A stretch of 64,000 nucleotides of DNA from Octopus sinensis (taxonomy: Eukaryota): contig NC_043007.1 of NCBI RefSeq assembly GCF_006345805.1, forward strand, positions 34,596,001-34,660,000, given 5' to 3'. Below are positions 11,001-23,647 of this stretch, one piece after another. A program made the translations under genes and the position numbers. Under the pieces are notes generated by a model, which was not told the origin of the DNA, searched no databases, and was given only the letters and a program-made list of their open reading frames with translations. The number at the start of each line of letters is the position of its first letter. Position 1 is the first letter of the stretch.

Positions 11001-13305
11001 AAAGGAAGTGCTGGCCGGGTGCGCCGGGGAGAAGTCGCCGGGGCTGGATGGTCTGCCCTACGAGTTTTACCAAAGTATGCCGGACTTGTTGGGGAATACT
11101 GGCAGGCGTCTACACGAACTGGCAGCAGAATGGGAGAATTCCCAGTTCTGTAAGCGGGGAGTGGTGACGCTAATCCAGAAAGACCCGAGCAAGGGGGATA
11201 TAATTAGTAACTACAGGCCCATAACTCTACTTAATGTAGAGTTAAAGATTTTGGCCAAGGTGTTAGCAAAAAGGTTGACGGTTGTCGTGGAGAAACTTGT
11301 AGGGAGAGCACAGACATGTGCAATTCCAGGCAGGTCGATCCAGGACAACCTTCACCTTATACGCTACACCCTAGATAGGGTGGGTAAAGTAACCGGCAAA
11401 GGCGGGGGGTAATGGTCCACTTGGACCAAAGTAAAGCCTTCGATAGGGTAGACCATGGGTATCTGGCGACGGTCCTCGAAGCGACCGGACTGGGTCCCGA
11501 ATTCCGCGGGTGGATCTCCGCTATGTATAGCAGGCATCAAGTCCACCGTCCAGATAAACGGTTACCTAACGGAACCGTTTTCGATCAAGTGTTCAGTACG
11601 TCAGGGGTGCCCCTTGTCACCACTTTTGTACGTATTGGCTCTTGAGCCACTACTGCGAAGGTTGGAAAGGCTGGGGAGTAACTCAGATGAAATCGGAGGT
11701 GGGAGGTCGGTCACTGCCTATGCGGATGACATCACCCTCATCGTGTCCAAAGAGGCCCAACTACCTTGTGTAGAGGAGGCTATCAGAGGATACGAGGCGG
11801 TGGCAGGAGCAAAGGTTAACAGGGACAAATCGGTCGGCTTGCGCCTCGGCACCTGGAGGAACAAGCCGATATCGTCCAGTGTTGTGGGATACTGGACGGA
11901 TGGCCCTGTTAAGTTGCTGGGAGTTTGGTTTGGACCGGACTCCCAAACGGAGAAGAACTGGAGCGAGGTGACGGGCAAGGTGGAGGCCATAGTACGGACC
12001 TGGTCCGGAAGGTCTCTGTCCTTGAAAGGAAAGGCGGAGGTGGTGCAGATGTTATTGCATCTGTAATCACCTATCGCCTGACCGTCGTCCCTTGCCCCGA
12101 CTCATGGCTTAACAAGTTGGAACGAGTCCTCTTTCGCTTTTTGTGGAAAGGAGGAAAGCCACTTGTGAGACGCTCCGTGTGCTGTCAAGAACCGTTAAAG
12201 GGTGGGTTAGGGATGCCTGGTTGATGATGCGCAGACATGCGTTGAGACTAAGACATCTCTGGCACCACCTGGAAGGTGATAAGGTGTGGAGTCCGCTGGC
12301 AGAGGGATTTTTCCCGAGACCGGCCTCCTTAGTTAATTTTAAACCCGGTTACATCAGAAGATGGAATCTGACTCCATGGCAAAAGGAGTGCCGACAGGCA
12401 CTCACGCTGATCCACAAGACGGGCAAGGCCGGCTGCGGAAATACCACCTCGGTATTTTATAGAGGGCTGGTAGAAGGTAAAAACGATGACGTCCTAGGAG
12501 GGGCTCTGGGTTTGATGAAGACCAGCTTGCCAATCTGTTTAAGAAAACGTTCAGGTCGGGGTATTTGGATAATTTCCAAAGATCCCTGGCCTGGCAGTGC
12601 TACAGGAATGCTTTACCTGTTCGCGAGAAGTTATCGCGGCACGGAGTTCCAGTGCCACCGACATGTCCAAGATGCGGGTTGGACGATGAAACCGTCCAGC
12701 ACGCTTTTGTTCACTGTCGGAAGTTGAACGACTTGATAAGTTACGCAGAACACGTGTTATCGCATCTGGGACGAGTACAGCTGTCGGCTGAGTCTATGAT
12801 GAAGATGATACCGCCAACTGGACTCTCGAAGGAAGGTGAGGCATGTTTTCACTGCACGGTTGCAGTAGTAAAGGAATGCATGTGGAGAACGAGAATGGAA
12901 GGAGCCGCGACAGGGTCCTTTATCTCCGTAGGCTTGCTCACCTACTTCAGATATCATCTGAGAAGCAAGATGGGACTGGAGAGGAGGACCTTGCCGCGGG
13001 GAGTGTATGAGAAAAGATGGAAGGAAGTGGAAAGAAAGGTGGGTGTGAGAAACCCAGCTTGACCATGGAGGAGAGAGAGGAAGTGGAAGCTGCAGGGCCT
13101 CATCAACTGCCGGGGTGTAAAAGCTCCAGTAAAACCACAAAAGTCATCTACAAGTGTTTGTTATACTAGTTATGCAAAAAACTATTACTTTATAACGAAT
13201 CCAAACGAAACTTTTAATCGAATCTCTTAAATGTTTTGTGTATGTATGTCCTGTATTCGTACCTTCTATGTATTGATTTTTATAATCGTAATTAATAAAG
13301 AGATA
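8048..13305 (+). mobile_element. Two-ORF Tx1/L1-clade LINE, family C copy 1
   Basis: ORF1 about 8270-9530 (CFKCGEKGHVRSNC). ORF2 9675-13062 with GDFN, SYLDR, SDH, YADD and CPRC..HAFVHC. Tail ends aataaagagata. Confidence 0.92.
9675..13062 (+). pseudogene. Family C copy 1 ORF2 (APE-RT-CCHC), many single-base indels
   Basis: Collinear ORF fragments 9675-13062 carry all APE and RT motifs. Confidence 0.92.
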
Positions 13306-16300
13306 ACTATTGTTTGTGCTAACTGTTTTGAACAGTGCCGTTGTAAAACGGTAATTTTCGCCCTACGGGGCAGAAAATTTTGTATTACTTGCATTTTATA
13401 CCTTCGAGGTGATGGATTTCGACTTGACGTCGAAGAAGGATTTTCCCGTGATGGGAAAAAGTGAAAATATGGAAAAGGAAGTACCCAAACAGTCATCTCG
13501 GCCGCGGTGGGCGGCGCCATGATGGATGTCGAGTTTAAATTGAACAATTGTACGAATTCAGGAACCTGGTAAAAGTGGAAGGAGGCGAGATAAAGCTTGT
13601 ACCGCCGCAGGCAAAGGTACAAGAGATTAAGGAGAGAATAGTTATTTACAAGGTATACAGCTTCAAAGAGAAGAAGATAATGGATGTAAAGAATGAAATG
13701 GTAGAAAAGTGCCTGTCCCCGGGTGGGACAAAATCCGTCATGTCGTTAGAGGTGCACGCAGTGCTACAGTCGAGGCACATTTCGACACAGCCGGTGGTAG
13801 CGAGAGAGGTGTCGTCGTTGACCCTAAAAAACGACGACATCATGCTGCTACCCTCGTACATGGGGAAGCGTACAGCGAAGTTGCTGGTAGAAGACATACC
13901 CAGAGGGTACGACATCATGTGGGTAGCAGCGGCGTTCCTGCACAATATTGAACGAGAGATATCGATACTGCAGATGAGAAGGAAAGAGGTGGTGCGGTGG
14001 AAGGGTCAGACCCTGGAACTCCTCGTGCAGGCGGAGAACAAAATTTTAGAAAACCTGCCCGATAGAATCTTCAATGAAGACGGGACGTCAATGAGAGTTT
14101 CAGTGGAGGGACGTAGACCCAGATGTTTCAAGTGTGGAGAGAAGGGTCACGTCCGATCAAATTGTATAAAAAAGAAGAGAACAGAAGAAGCGCCTCCTCA
14201 AAGTGTCCCCAACACTGAAGGGGAGGAAACAGGAAAAGACAACAAAAAAGACGAAGACAAGTACGGAAACAAAAACGGACCATACAGAACAATGGACTAC
14301 ACACAAGTCACTCATAAAGAAAAAAAGATAATACCCAGGACTCCCCTCCCCAAACAAAGAAAAAAACAGCAAACACAGCAGACACACACACCAAGCAAAT
14401 CCCCCAACCCTACCCCCATGGCACTGTTTTCATTGGAAAACAGTTTGCCAAGCCCCTCCCCATAAAACAAGACATAAAAAAGTGTTTACAGAAGAACGAG
14501 AGGATCATAGCTTTCGACGAGAAAAACGAAAGAGTGTATAAGTGTTGTAAATTTTCAAGATTTGTATTGTATAGTAGAGCCACAGATGTGAAAGCAACCG
14601 CTCGCTTCGCGAAGGTAGGGGAGGACGAGTGGAAGGAGGAGGTTCTTCAGGAACATCTGAGGAACCGTCTAATAAGAGACGTGACCAAAGAGGTAATGGA
14701 GGGCAAACTGAAATAACCCCGGCAACCACACCCACCCAGAGCCCAGTGGCAACGCCGGTCAAGAGCCTGCAGCAGGGGAAGAAGGGGAAGCAGGCAGATT
14801 TAAACTGTCATGCTCCCTTTCCAACCGTGAGTACATTTATTTTTCTCTCTAACCTACAATGGCTAAGCTGGGTTGTATAAATGTACGTGGAATGGGGTCG
14901 AAACGGAAACAAATTTGTTTCCTGAACGACCTCACGACACATGGTGTAGATATAGCCATTGCAACCGAGTCCAAGATGAGCGAGACCCAAGCGTTCTCGC
15001 CTCTTCTAAATGGTTTCGAGAAATTTATTTCTCCTAGCCGAGGAAGAGGCAGAGGCGTGGCAGTCTTCATCAGGAAGAGCTTGGACTTGCAGGTAAGTAC
15101 TGTCTTTCTGGACCCAGAAGGCAGGCTGGTTGTCCTGGATGTGACTCACGTAAGTAAACAGTCCTTCAGGTTGGTAGCTGTCTACGCCCCGAACGAGGGT
15201 AGACAGACGGGTTTTTTCGGAACCTGGAGCCCTTTTTAGCGACGTCGAAAACAGTAATCCTAGTAGGGGACTTTAACACTGTCCTTGAAGCGCAGATCGA
15301 CAATGTTGGCTCAACCAATAGGAAGGGGAACCCTAGCCTCAAGGGTCTACTAGAGAGCTTTGATCTAGTGGACCGTTACCGACTGGATGAGCCGAGCGTT
15401 CCACAGTGGACGTGGAGTAACAACGACGGCTCACACAGATCGTATCTAGATAGGATATTTATCAAGAAAAGAGATAAGGATACGTTAGTTGTCCACAATT
15501 TCATATTGTACCCTACTCGGATCACAAATTTGTGACGTGTAGGATGCAATTAGACAAGTGTCATAGACAGGGACCCGGGTACTGGAAGCTGAACAAGGCT
15601 ATTTTGAATTGTGAAGACTTCCGTGCCCGGATTAAGGTGTTAGTTCAGAGGGCATTGTGTGGCACCATCATTAACAATAGATGGTGGCACGCCCTCAAAA
15701 GAGCCATTCGTTCAGAGTCCGTTAGATTTAGCAATCAGCTAAGGATAGATAGGGCTAGTCTAGAGGGCGATTTAGTTAAGAATCTAGACGAGGCAATGGA
15801 AGCTGGCTCTGCATCCGGAGTGATGGCGGCAAGGACGGTATTGTACCGTCACCTTAACTCCAAACACGAAGGTTGCAGAGTCAGAGCTAAGCTACGCGCT
15901 GGGAAACGAGAAGGTATTAACGTGGCCGGATGGGCCCGTCGTGTGGAGAGTCAGAGAGGCAACAGAGCCTCAATCAAATCTTTGACTGACGAACAGGGAC
16001 AAAAGATCTATGGACAGGAGGAGATGCAAAAGTTTCTTCACCAGCATTTCGCCCGCGTGTTCGGGGGTGGTGGTTCGCTGGATCGGGGAGAGCCTTAAGG
16101 ACTTCCTAGCCGGCGGACCGCGGCTCGCGGGGCGTGAGGTGGAGTGCTGTGAAGGAGCGATCACTCCCGCGGAGATAAGGAGATACTGGCCGGATGCGCG
16201 GGGAGAAGTCGCCGGGGTGGATGGTCTGCCCTACGAGTTTTACCAAAGTATGCCGGACTTGTTCGGGGGAATACTGGCGGGCGTCTACACGAACTGGCAG

Positions 16301-18476
16301 CAGAATGGGAGAATTCCCAGTTCTGTAAGCGGGGAGTGGTGACGCTAATCCAGAAAGACCCGAGCAAGGGGGATAACATTAGTAACTACAGGCCCATAAC
16401 TCTACTTAATGTAGAGTTAAAGATTTTGGCCAAGGTGTTGGCAAAAAGGTTGACGGTTGTCGTGGAGAAACTTGTAGGGAGAGCACAGACATGTGCAATT
16501 CCAGGCAGGTCGATCCAGGACAACCTTCACCTTATACGCTACACCTTAGATAGGGTGGGTAAATTAGCCGGCAAAGGCGGGGTAATGGTCCATTTAGACC
16601 AAAGTAAAGCCTTCGATAGGGTAGACCATGGGTACCTGGCGACGGTCCTCGAAGCGGCTGGGCTGGGCCCTGAATTTCGCGGGTGGATCTCCGCTATGTA
16701 TAGCGGCATCAAGTCCACCGTCCAGATAAACGGTTACCTAACGGAACCGTTTTCGATCGAGTGTTCAGTGCGTCAGGGGTGCCCCTTGTCACCACTTTTG
16801 TACGTATTGGCTCTTGAGCCACTGCTGCGAAAGTTGGAGAGGCTGGGAGTAGTAACTCGGATGAAATCGGAGGTGGGAGGACGGTTACTGCTTATGCGGA
16901 TGACGTCACCTCATCGTGTCCAAAGAGGCCCAACTACCCTGTAGAGGAGGCTATCAGAGGATACGAGGCGGTGAGCAAAGCAAGGACAAATCGGTTGGCT
17001 TGCGCCTCGGCACCTGGAGGAGCAAGTCGATATCGTCCAGTGTCGTGGGACACTGGACGGATGGCCCTGTTAAGTTGCTGGGAGTTTGGTTTGGGCCAGA
17101 CTCCCAAACGGAGAAGAACTGGAGTGAGGTGACAAGCAAGGTGGAAGCCATAGTACGGACCTGGTCCGGAAGGTTTCTGTCCTTGAAAGGAAAGGCGGAG
17201 GTGGTGCAGATGTTCATTGCATCTGTAATCACCTACCGCTGACCGTTGTCCCTTGCCCCGATTCATGGCTTAACAAGTTGGAGCGAATCCTTTTCCGCTT
17301 TTTTGTGGAAAGGAGGAAGGCACTTGTGAGGCGCTCCGTTTGCTGCCAAGAACCGTTAAGGGTGGGTTAGGGATGCCTTGGTTGATGATGCGCAGACATG
17401 CGTTGAGGCTAAGGCATCTCTGGCACCACCTGGAAGGTGATAAGGTGTGGAGTCCGCTGGCAGGGGGATTTTTCCCGAGACCGGCCTCCTTAGTGAATTT
17501 TAAACCCGGTTACATCAAAAGATGGAAACTGACTCCATGGCAAAAGGAGTGCCGACAGGCACTCACGCTGATCCACAAGGCGGGCAAGGCCGGCTGCGGA
17601 AATACCACCTCGGTATTTTATAGAGGGCTGGTAGAGGCAAAAAACGACGACGTCCTAGGAGGGGCTCTGGGGTTCGACGAAGACCAGCTTACCAACCTGT
17701 TTAAAAAAACTTTCAGGTCGGGGTATTTGGATAATTTCCAAAGATCCCTGGCCTGGCAGTGCTATAGGAATGCTTTACCTGTTCGCGAGAAGTTATCGCG
17801 GCACGGAGTTTCAGTGCCACCGACGTGTCCAAGGTGCGAGTTGGACGATGAAACCGTCCAGCACGCTTTTGTTCACTGTCGGAAGTTGTCCGACTTGATA
17901 AGTTACGCAGAACACGTGTTATCGCATCTGGGACGAGTACAGCTGTCGGCTGAGTCTATGATTAAGATGATACCGCCAACTGGACTCTCGAAGGAAGGTG
18001 AGGCATGTTTTCACTGCACGGTTTCAGTAGTAAAAGAATGCATGTGGAGAACAAGAATGGAAGGAGCCGCGATAGGATCCTTTGTCTCCGGCCCCGGCTT
18101 GCTCACTTACTTCAGATATCATCTGAAGAGCAAAATGGGGCTGGAAAAGAGGATCTTACCGCGGGGTGTGTATGAGAAAAGATGGAAGGAAGTAGAAAAA
18201 AAGGTGGGTGTCAGAAACCCAGCTTGACCATGGAGGAAGGAGAGGAAATAAAAGCTGCAGGGCCTCATAAATTGCCGGGGTGTAAAAACTCCAGTGAGAT
18301 TATAAGTTCATGTATTGTTGTTTGTTCTACTGGTCATGTAAAGGACATTTATGTTATAATGAATAATCCAAATGTAAATGGAAAAATTTTTAATCGAATC
18401 TCTTAAATGTTTTTTGTATGTATGTCCTGTATTTGTCCTTCTGTGTAATCGATTTTTATAATCATAATAAAGAAAT
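13306..18476 (+). mobile_element. Two-ORF Tx1/L1-clade LINE, family C copy 2 (lacks the first ~75 bp of copy 1)
   Basis: Direct repeat of 8124-13305. ORF1 about 13451-14716, ORF2 14859-18227, tail aataaagaaa ending at 18475. Confidence 0.92.
14859..18227 (+). pseudogene. Family C copy 2 ORF2 (APE-RT-CCHC), frameshifted
   Basis: Same motifs as copy 1; most indels lie at different positions. Confidence 0.92.
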
Positions 18477-18531
18477 ACCCCTCTATGTAGCCTTTTACAG
18501 GTAATAAAAATACATCGCATATCAGTTTTGT

Positions 18532-20190
18532 CCTTATTTAAGCCTAGTATTCCTCATTACTAAATCAGTGGCGAAGTCGTGAGTTAATTTTTCCTAAATT
18601 TGGTACTGCGTTACACTTTACAACTGTTTATCTGTTAATTTTGTTAAACGTTTTGTTGCTCGGTTTTTTGTTGCACGGTTGTCTGTCTGTGTTGAGACAG
18701 ACAAGGAAGAAGTGGACGGCCCCTCCCTAATGGGAGAGATGGCCAGACGAAATATATTCGAGAGTGTGTCAGATTTGTCGACTTCTGAAGAAGAGCTTGA
18801 GAAGGCAATAAAAAAGATGGACAAACAATTAGGAAACACTTACGCAGGAGTGACAAAAAAATCGGAGGAAAAAGAAACAGACTTGGCCAAATTGCCAAGC
18901 TACCAGGAATTCATTAAAAAGGACGGCGGTGAAGTGGAGTTGTCACCGCCACCAAAACGAAGAGAGTGGTATGAACGAAGGACCATCACGTACCGGGTTT
19001 ATGCCAATGGAAAACAGAAAATTGAAGTAGTCAGTATGGAATTAATAGAAGAAGCACTGAAAAGAACGGAGGAAGATATAATATTCTTGGCAAGAGACAT
19101 ATATTCCGGTACTGTGGTAGTCCAATTCAGGAACGAAAGTGTGGCAAGGAAAATGGCAGCGAGAGCGGTGAAGACAGAAAAGGTGTTCCTTCTGCCCTCA
19201 TATCCGAATAGAAAAACTACTCGGATCAGGGTGGAGGGAATACTCCCAAAGGTTGACGAAGAATGGATAGTGGCAGCCATAATCAGTGGATGTGAGGAAG
19301 AAGTAGACATCCTCCATGCTACTGTGAAGGATGAAGGTTGGAGGGGTGCAGTTCTAGAATTAAATGTGCAAGCGGAGGCTGAAACATTGGAAAAATTGAC
19401 GGAGAACATCAGAATGGGAGGTGTTATGATTTGAGTGTGGGTGGAGGGCAGAGCTCCACGCTGTTACAAGTGTGGGCTGAGAGGTCACATAAGAGCTAAC
19501 TGTCCTCCCCCATCAAAGGAAATTGATACGGAACCACAAAGAGATGTAGTGGCCGAAGAAGAGGAGCAGAAACCAACGGAGAAAGACACAACGGAAGAGG
19601 AGGAGGTTTAAAAGGAATGGGAAGAAGGCAGAAAAAGGAGGAAGAGAAGAAGGAGAAAATTAAATCGTGCTGAACCCTAATCCACCCCAACACCACCCGC
19701 ACCCTCTGAAACCCACCCGCTCCCCACCAACAAGAAAACAAAAAAAAAAGCAAACAGACAAGATACCACAAAAAAACTCTAGGCCCAATTTTTTTAGGTA
19801 TTTCAAGGAGAAATGACAAAAGAAATAATGAATGACTACCAATGGTGTGAAAAGGGCAGTAGTAGATATGCGGTAATTTCGGAAGAACGTATAGAAGAAT
19901 TCGTGGTAAAATGCGAAGACAAAAACTATGAAGTGTATAGATTGGAAATAAATGACGAGACAATAACGGAAATGGAAAAGAAATTCGAGAGGAAAATAGA
20001 GAGAAAGGTGTATTACATCGAGGATAAAGTATGAAGGACAGGTAAGTGATGCTAGCGGATGGGGCCGTTAGTATCACTTTCATCTATCATTTTTCATATT
20101 TCATTTTCCATATTTATGTAATTGTGATGTTATTTGTCCCCAATGTTTGTATTGTCCCCTCTGTGTAGCCCTTTATGGGTAATAAAGAAA
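18532..20190 (+). mobile_element. ORF1-only non-autonomous Tx1-type element, family A copy 2, with 15-bp TSD
   Basis: gcatatcagttttgt at 18517-18531 and 20191-20205. ORF1 about 18730-20034 with in-frame stops. Complete tail gccctttatgggtaataaagaaa. Confidence 0.88.
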
Positions 20191-20319
20191 GCATATCAGT
20201 TTTGTGTTAGGGTCGTCGTTTAGAGATAGATTCTCTCTTTTTGTTGGGTGCTAACCATGGTAATTTTCATTGGATATGATTATAGAGAACCCACTTTTCA
20301 TCACTGTTCAAGAACCTAA

Positions 20320-20539
20320 CCCTTTAGTGTTCAGATTACTCTGTTAAAGGTAATACTTTTCCACTCAAATTGTTTTGAATTAATCATGCATTATCTTATA
20401 GCTTTGAGGTTTCAATGATGAGATTGTTTATATTTAGAATGACATTGTCGGGTAGGTGTGAGAGGCTAGATATTGCCAGTTTGAATATAAAACATGTAGA
20501 ATATCTGGGCCAGATATGGCCAGTTTAAACACTAAAGGG
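20320..20539. mobile_element. piggyBac-type MITE
   Basis: TIR ccctttagtgtt / aacactaaaggg, flanked by ctaa and ttaa. Confidence 0.75.
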
Positions 20540-20744
20540 TTAAAGGAGTAACAAATGACGAGCAGAAGAGTAACTGATTAAAATGAGAAGCTATCAGATG
20601 ACGAGGGATCCATTGACCAAGTTTAGACGCTTTTCCTAGTTCATGATGTTTTGTATCAAAATACGACTTGAATTGAACTCCTCTGCGAATTCCTTTGGAG
20701 TTTCCGTGACTAGTTTTCAGGAGTTCAATATTGACAGAACTTGA

Positions 20745-21114
20745 AGATCCTTCCCAAAGGTGTAATACGGATTACTTTTTTTTTTTTTGGCTCCGATTGG
20801 TGGTTGCAGGAATACCTGCAGGCCGCAAAAGAGTTGAGGGAGTAATGTAAAACGTTTATCACCTCCATATGTATAAAATTTGTTTCTTTTGTGATGGACT
20901 TCTAGTCCAATTTTTTGTATATATTTGTAAGATGTTTAATACCTCTCACTATATATTTTTAACGAACAATGTTTTAGAGAGGCAGGGGCTCGGCGGGCGC
21001 TTTCTGTATTCTCCCATCTTTATCATCTAGTATTATTATCATTCGCCTCATGTCTTGTCCAGCCCGCAAAGCTACATATCTCTGTGCTGCCTTTATAGCA
21101 AATGATATAAAAAA
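20745..21114 (+). mobile_element. Unclassified retroposed insert with A-tail and 18-bp TSD
   Basis: aatattgacagaacttga at 20727-20744 and 21115-21132. Removing the insert restores mariner collinearity. Confidence 0.7.
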
Positions 21115-21477
21115 AATATTGACAGAACTTGATCGTCCAGATCGAAAGTAACCAGCTAAAGAGAAATTTCCCGAGCAAAAGTGACCAGACCATAGTTGGT
21201 ATACTCGGACACTTAAAATTATTTCTATAGACTGAACGAAAATGTCTTGCTACTTCCATTATTGAAGAGCCTCTTCTGAATTCATACAGCATGCAGTGTC
21301 TGATGAGTGATCTAAATTTTATGTTTATTTTATAGTGCCTTGAAAAAGAATTCTCAAAACGGTCATGTCAAAAATGCAACATCACCAGGCACTGTCATGC
21401 TTTTAGTTGTCAGGAGGAAAGTAGAAAAAGTGTGACGTCAATTTGACGTCACTCGTCCACCTTCGTTTCTTTCCGTA

Positions 21478-21600
21478 GAATTTATCAAAACGCGTGTAAA
21501 TTTATCAAATTAAAAAACGCAAAATTTATCAAAAACGCGTGTAAATTTATCAAATTAAAAAACGCAAAATTAATATCAAATTAAAAAACGCAAAATTAAT
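21478..21600. repeat. AT-rich minisatellite
   Basis: Repeated aatttatcaaa / ttaaaaaacgca / acgcgtgta units. Confidence 0.8.
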
Positions 21601-21749
21601 ATATTTTTTGAAATTGCAAATTATTTAGAATGTAAAAATATAATTTTCAACAGAGAATTTATCAAAATATAAAACAAATGAAGCTTAAATTTAAGTTTTA
21701 AAATAAGTGTGATACTTATGCTCTGTAGATATTTATACTCTCTAAGGTC

Positions 21750-22590
21750 TCAAACACATGGATATAGCAGTCGAATTTGCTCCAATAACTTTCCGAATAT
21801 TTCGTCCTTAAATTCATAACGCCACATGAATTCGATGAGATGGGCTTGAAGTAAATTTCGGGCTGTTCCATTTTCTCTTTTGTTCACATGCTTCCATAAA
21901 CATTCTATATGGTTGGTCGTGGCAAATGTTACCGGATCAACAAAATTTATTGAATGATTCACGGTCAAATGCTTGTATCCTAGCTGATTGAGCGTATTAT
22001 ACGAACGCCAAAGGTCGGAAATTATGGTTGTACCAGGCAATATACACTCTTGTATAATTTGTAAAAGGGTGTCCGATCTTCTACTGCCACTAAAAAACAT
22101 CTTCTGGTATCTCTTTCTAAAGCGCCGAAAACCCACTGCGTTTTAACCCGATGGCCAACATTATATTTTCTTCTAACAAACGCGCTTTCGTCTATCTGCA
22201 ATTCGGTTTGGCCCTCCGAGCTTAATGTTTTGTACAACATAATATTCTGCACATATATCACGGCAAAAATTCCTCCAATCTGTTACGGCTACATTTGCTA
22301 TATGACATTCCTGTCCTATTCCCTTTGCTAAATCTTTTGCCCAATAATATAATATATCAATTTTCTAATTGAAACCGTTTTTCTACAAGGCCTTCCACAT
22401 GACCATATCACTTCATCCGACAAATTTTTTTTTCGCCAGTTCCCTCATGCTAGCTCCACACGATATACATTTTCTGGGTATTCAAAAGTCCATGTCTCTT
22501 AAGCCAATTAATGATATCTGCTGTTGTAGCCGTGGCAATATCAATATCGCGGTGATTAATTCCTTTTAGACTTGGATATGCAGAAGCCAT
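21750..22590 (-). pseudogene. Merlin (IS1016/IS1595-like DDE) transposase 2, frameshifted
   Basis: ATG at 22590, CISC..WSC..C Zn ribbon, QIDES, RKYNVG, WVFGALER, IISDLWRSY, VNHSINFVDP, TTNHIECLW. Confidence 0.88.
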
Positions 22591-22617
22591 ATTGAAATTT
22601 TTTCGCACGTGTTGATA

Positions 22618-23433
22618 TCAAAGTGAAGAACTTTCAAAGTGAAGAATTTTCAAACTTTGAATTACAATCTCTCTATCGTCTGTGTGCACCGACGCGTTTG
22701 TCGGATCAACAAAGTTTTCACTGTGGTTGATGCGGAAGTGGGTATAGCCGAGATTTCCAAGAGAGTTATACGCAGCCCAAGAATCGCTATATACTACGGA
22801 CCCTTGGCGTATATATCGGGTAATTAAGGGGATCAGTGTGGCGGCATCTCGCCTTTCCTCTTCACCACACTCAGATGAAAGAGGTATCAAAACTTTTTTT
22901 TTGCCTATTTGCTCTATCCCACCGAAAAGCCAGATAGTTTTTGTGAGTCTTCCACGATTGTTTTTTCTTCTTACAATAACTGTTTCATCGATCTCCACTT
23001 CAAATCCTGGTCCACCGATTTGGTCCTGGTAATTCTGACAAACCTCGGAGCAGAAGGATCGCCAATCAATTGAGGTCGGATACGAAATGTTCAAATTTTC
23101 CACGACTAATGCGTGCGACCAACAGTCTGTGAGGAAGTAATTCACAAATAAGATTTTACAGGGTGGTAGCTGACTCAGCTCCAAAAATGTGTTGCTGTAT
23201 AGGGACATTGAATATCCACATTGCGTTGGCCTTTGCCTTCGACGGCGAACAGTCCTTCCACATCGGAAGATGTTTGTATTTTCGCGCAATGTACATGGTA
23301 AATTGCATCTAGGGCAGTCAACTGTGCTGGGATTGATATTATGTTTTCGAAAGAAATCTAATGCTTCAATGTCATTAGTAAATCGGCGAATCCCATCCTG
23401 TAATGTTAATTCACATGAATTGCAAAGTGCCAT
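22618..23433 (-). pseudogene. Merlin transposase 1, C-terminally truncated
   Basis: CPRC..FRC..C, EIDET, RRKNNRGR, WLFGGIE, YSDSWAAY, INHSENFVDP. Homology stops at VHT, before the catalytic Glu. Confidence 0.88.
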
Positions 23434-23647
23434 TCTCTATCATACAACTTAATGCTTGTGTATCTACGACTGAAATGAATAAGAACTTGTTGGTACCAAG
23501 GAGTGGGAAATCCTCCACACCAGAAGATGGGATGAGTAAACACTGGTCAATGAAAGGTCAGTCTTTTGTCTAAGAACAGTTGTTTACAAGACGATTGTTG
23601 GTACCAAGTTCTATTCAAGTCCAGGCCCCTAAAGACAGTTGGTTCCT

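Larger units (their letters stand above)
20191..21330 (-). pseudogene. Decayed mariner transposase (N-terminal half), interrupted by several insertions
   Basis: Minus strand gives LIRHCMLYEFRRG (HTH start, ~21300), RSGR, LGKASKLGQWIPRHL (WVPHEL motif, ~20600) and SDEKWVLYN (first catalytic Asp motif, ~20295). Confidence 0.8.

Noticed and set aside
18517-18531. U2 snRNA target as in Keno-type Tx1 elements (tatcagttt)
   Set aside because: Only about 9 nt match. The flank continues as mariner coding sequence and no U2 gene is present.
512-20083. Minus-strand ORFs over the LINE stack
   Set aside because: Antisense shadows of purine-rich sense ORFs with no motifs.
21750-23433. Bacterial IS1595 contamination or recent horizontal transfer
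   Set aside because: Motifs fit eukaryotic Merlin and the genes are decayed and embedded in host repeats.
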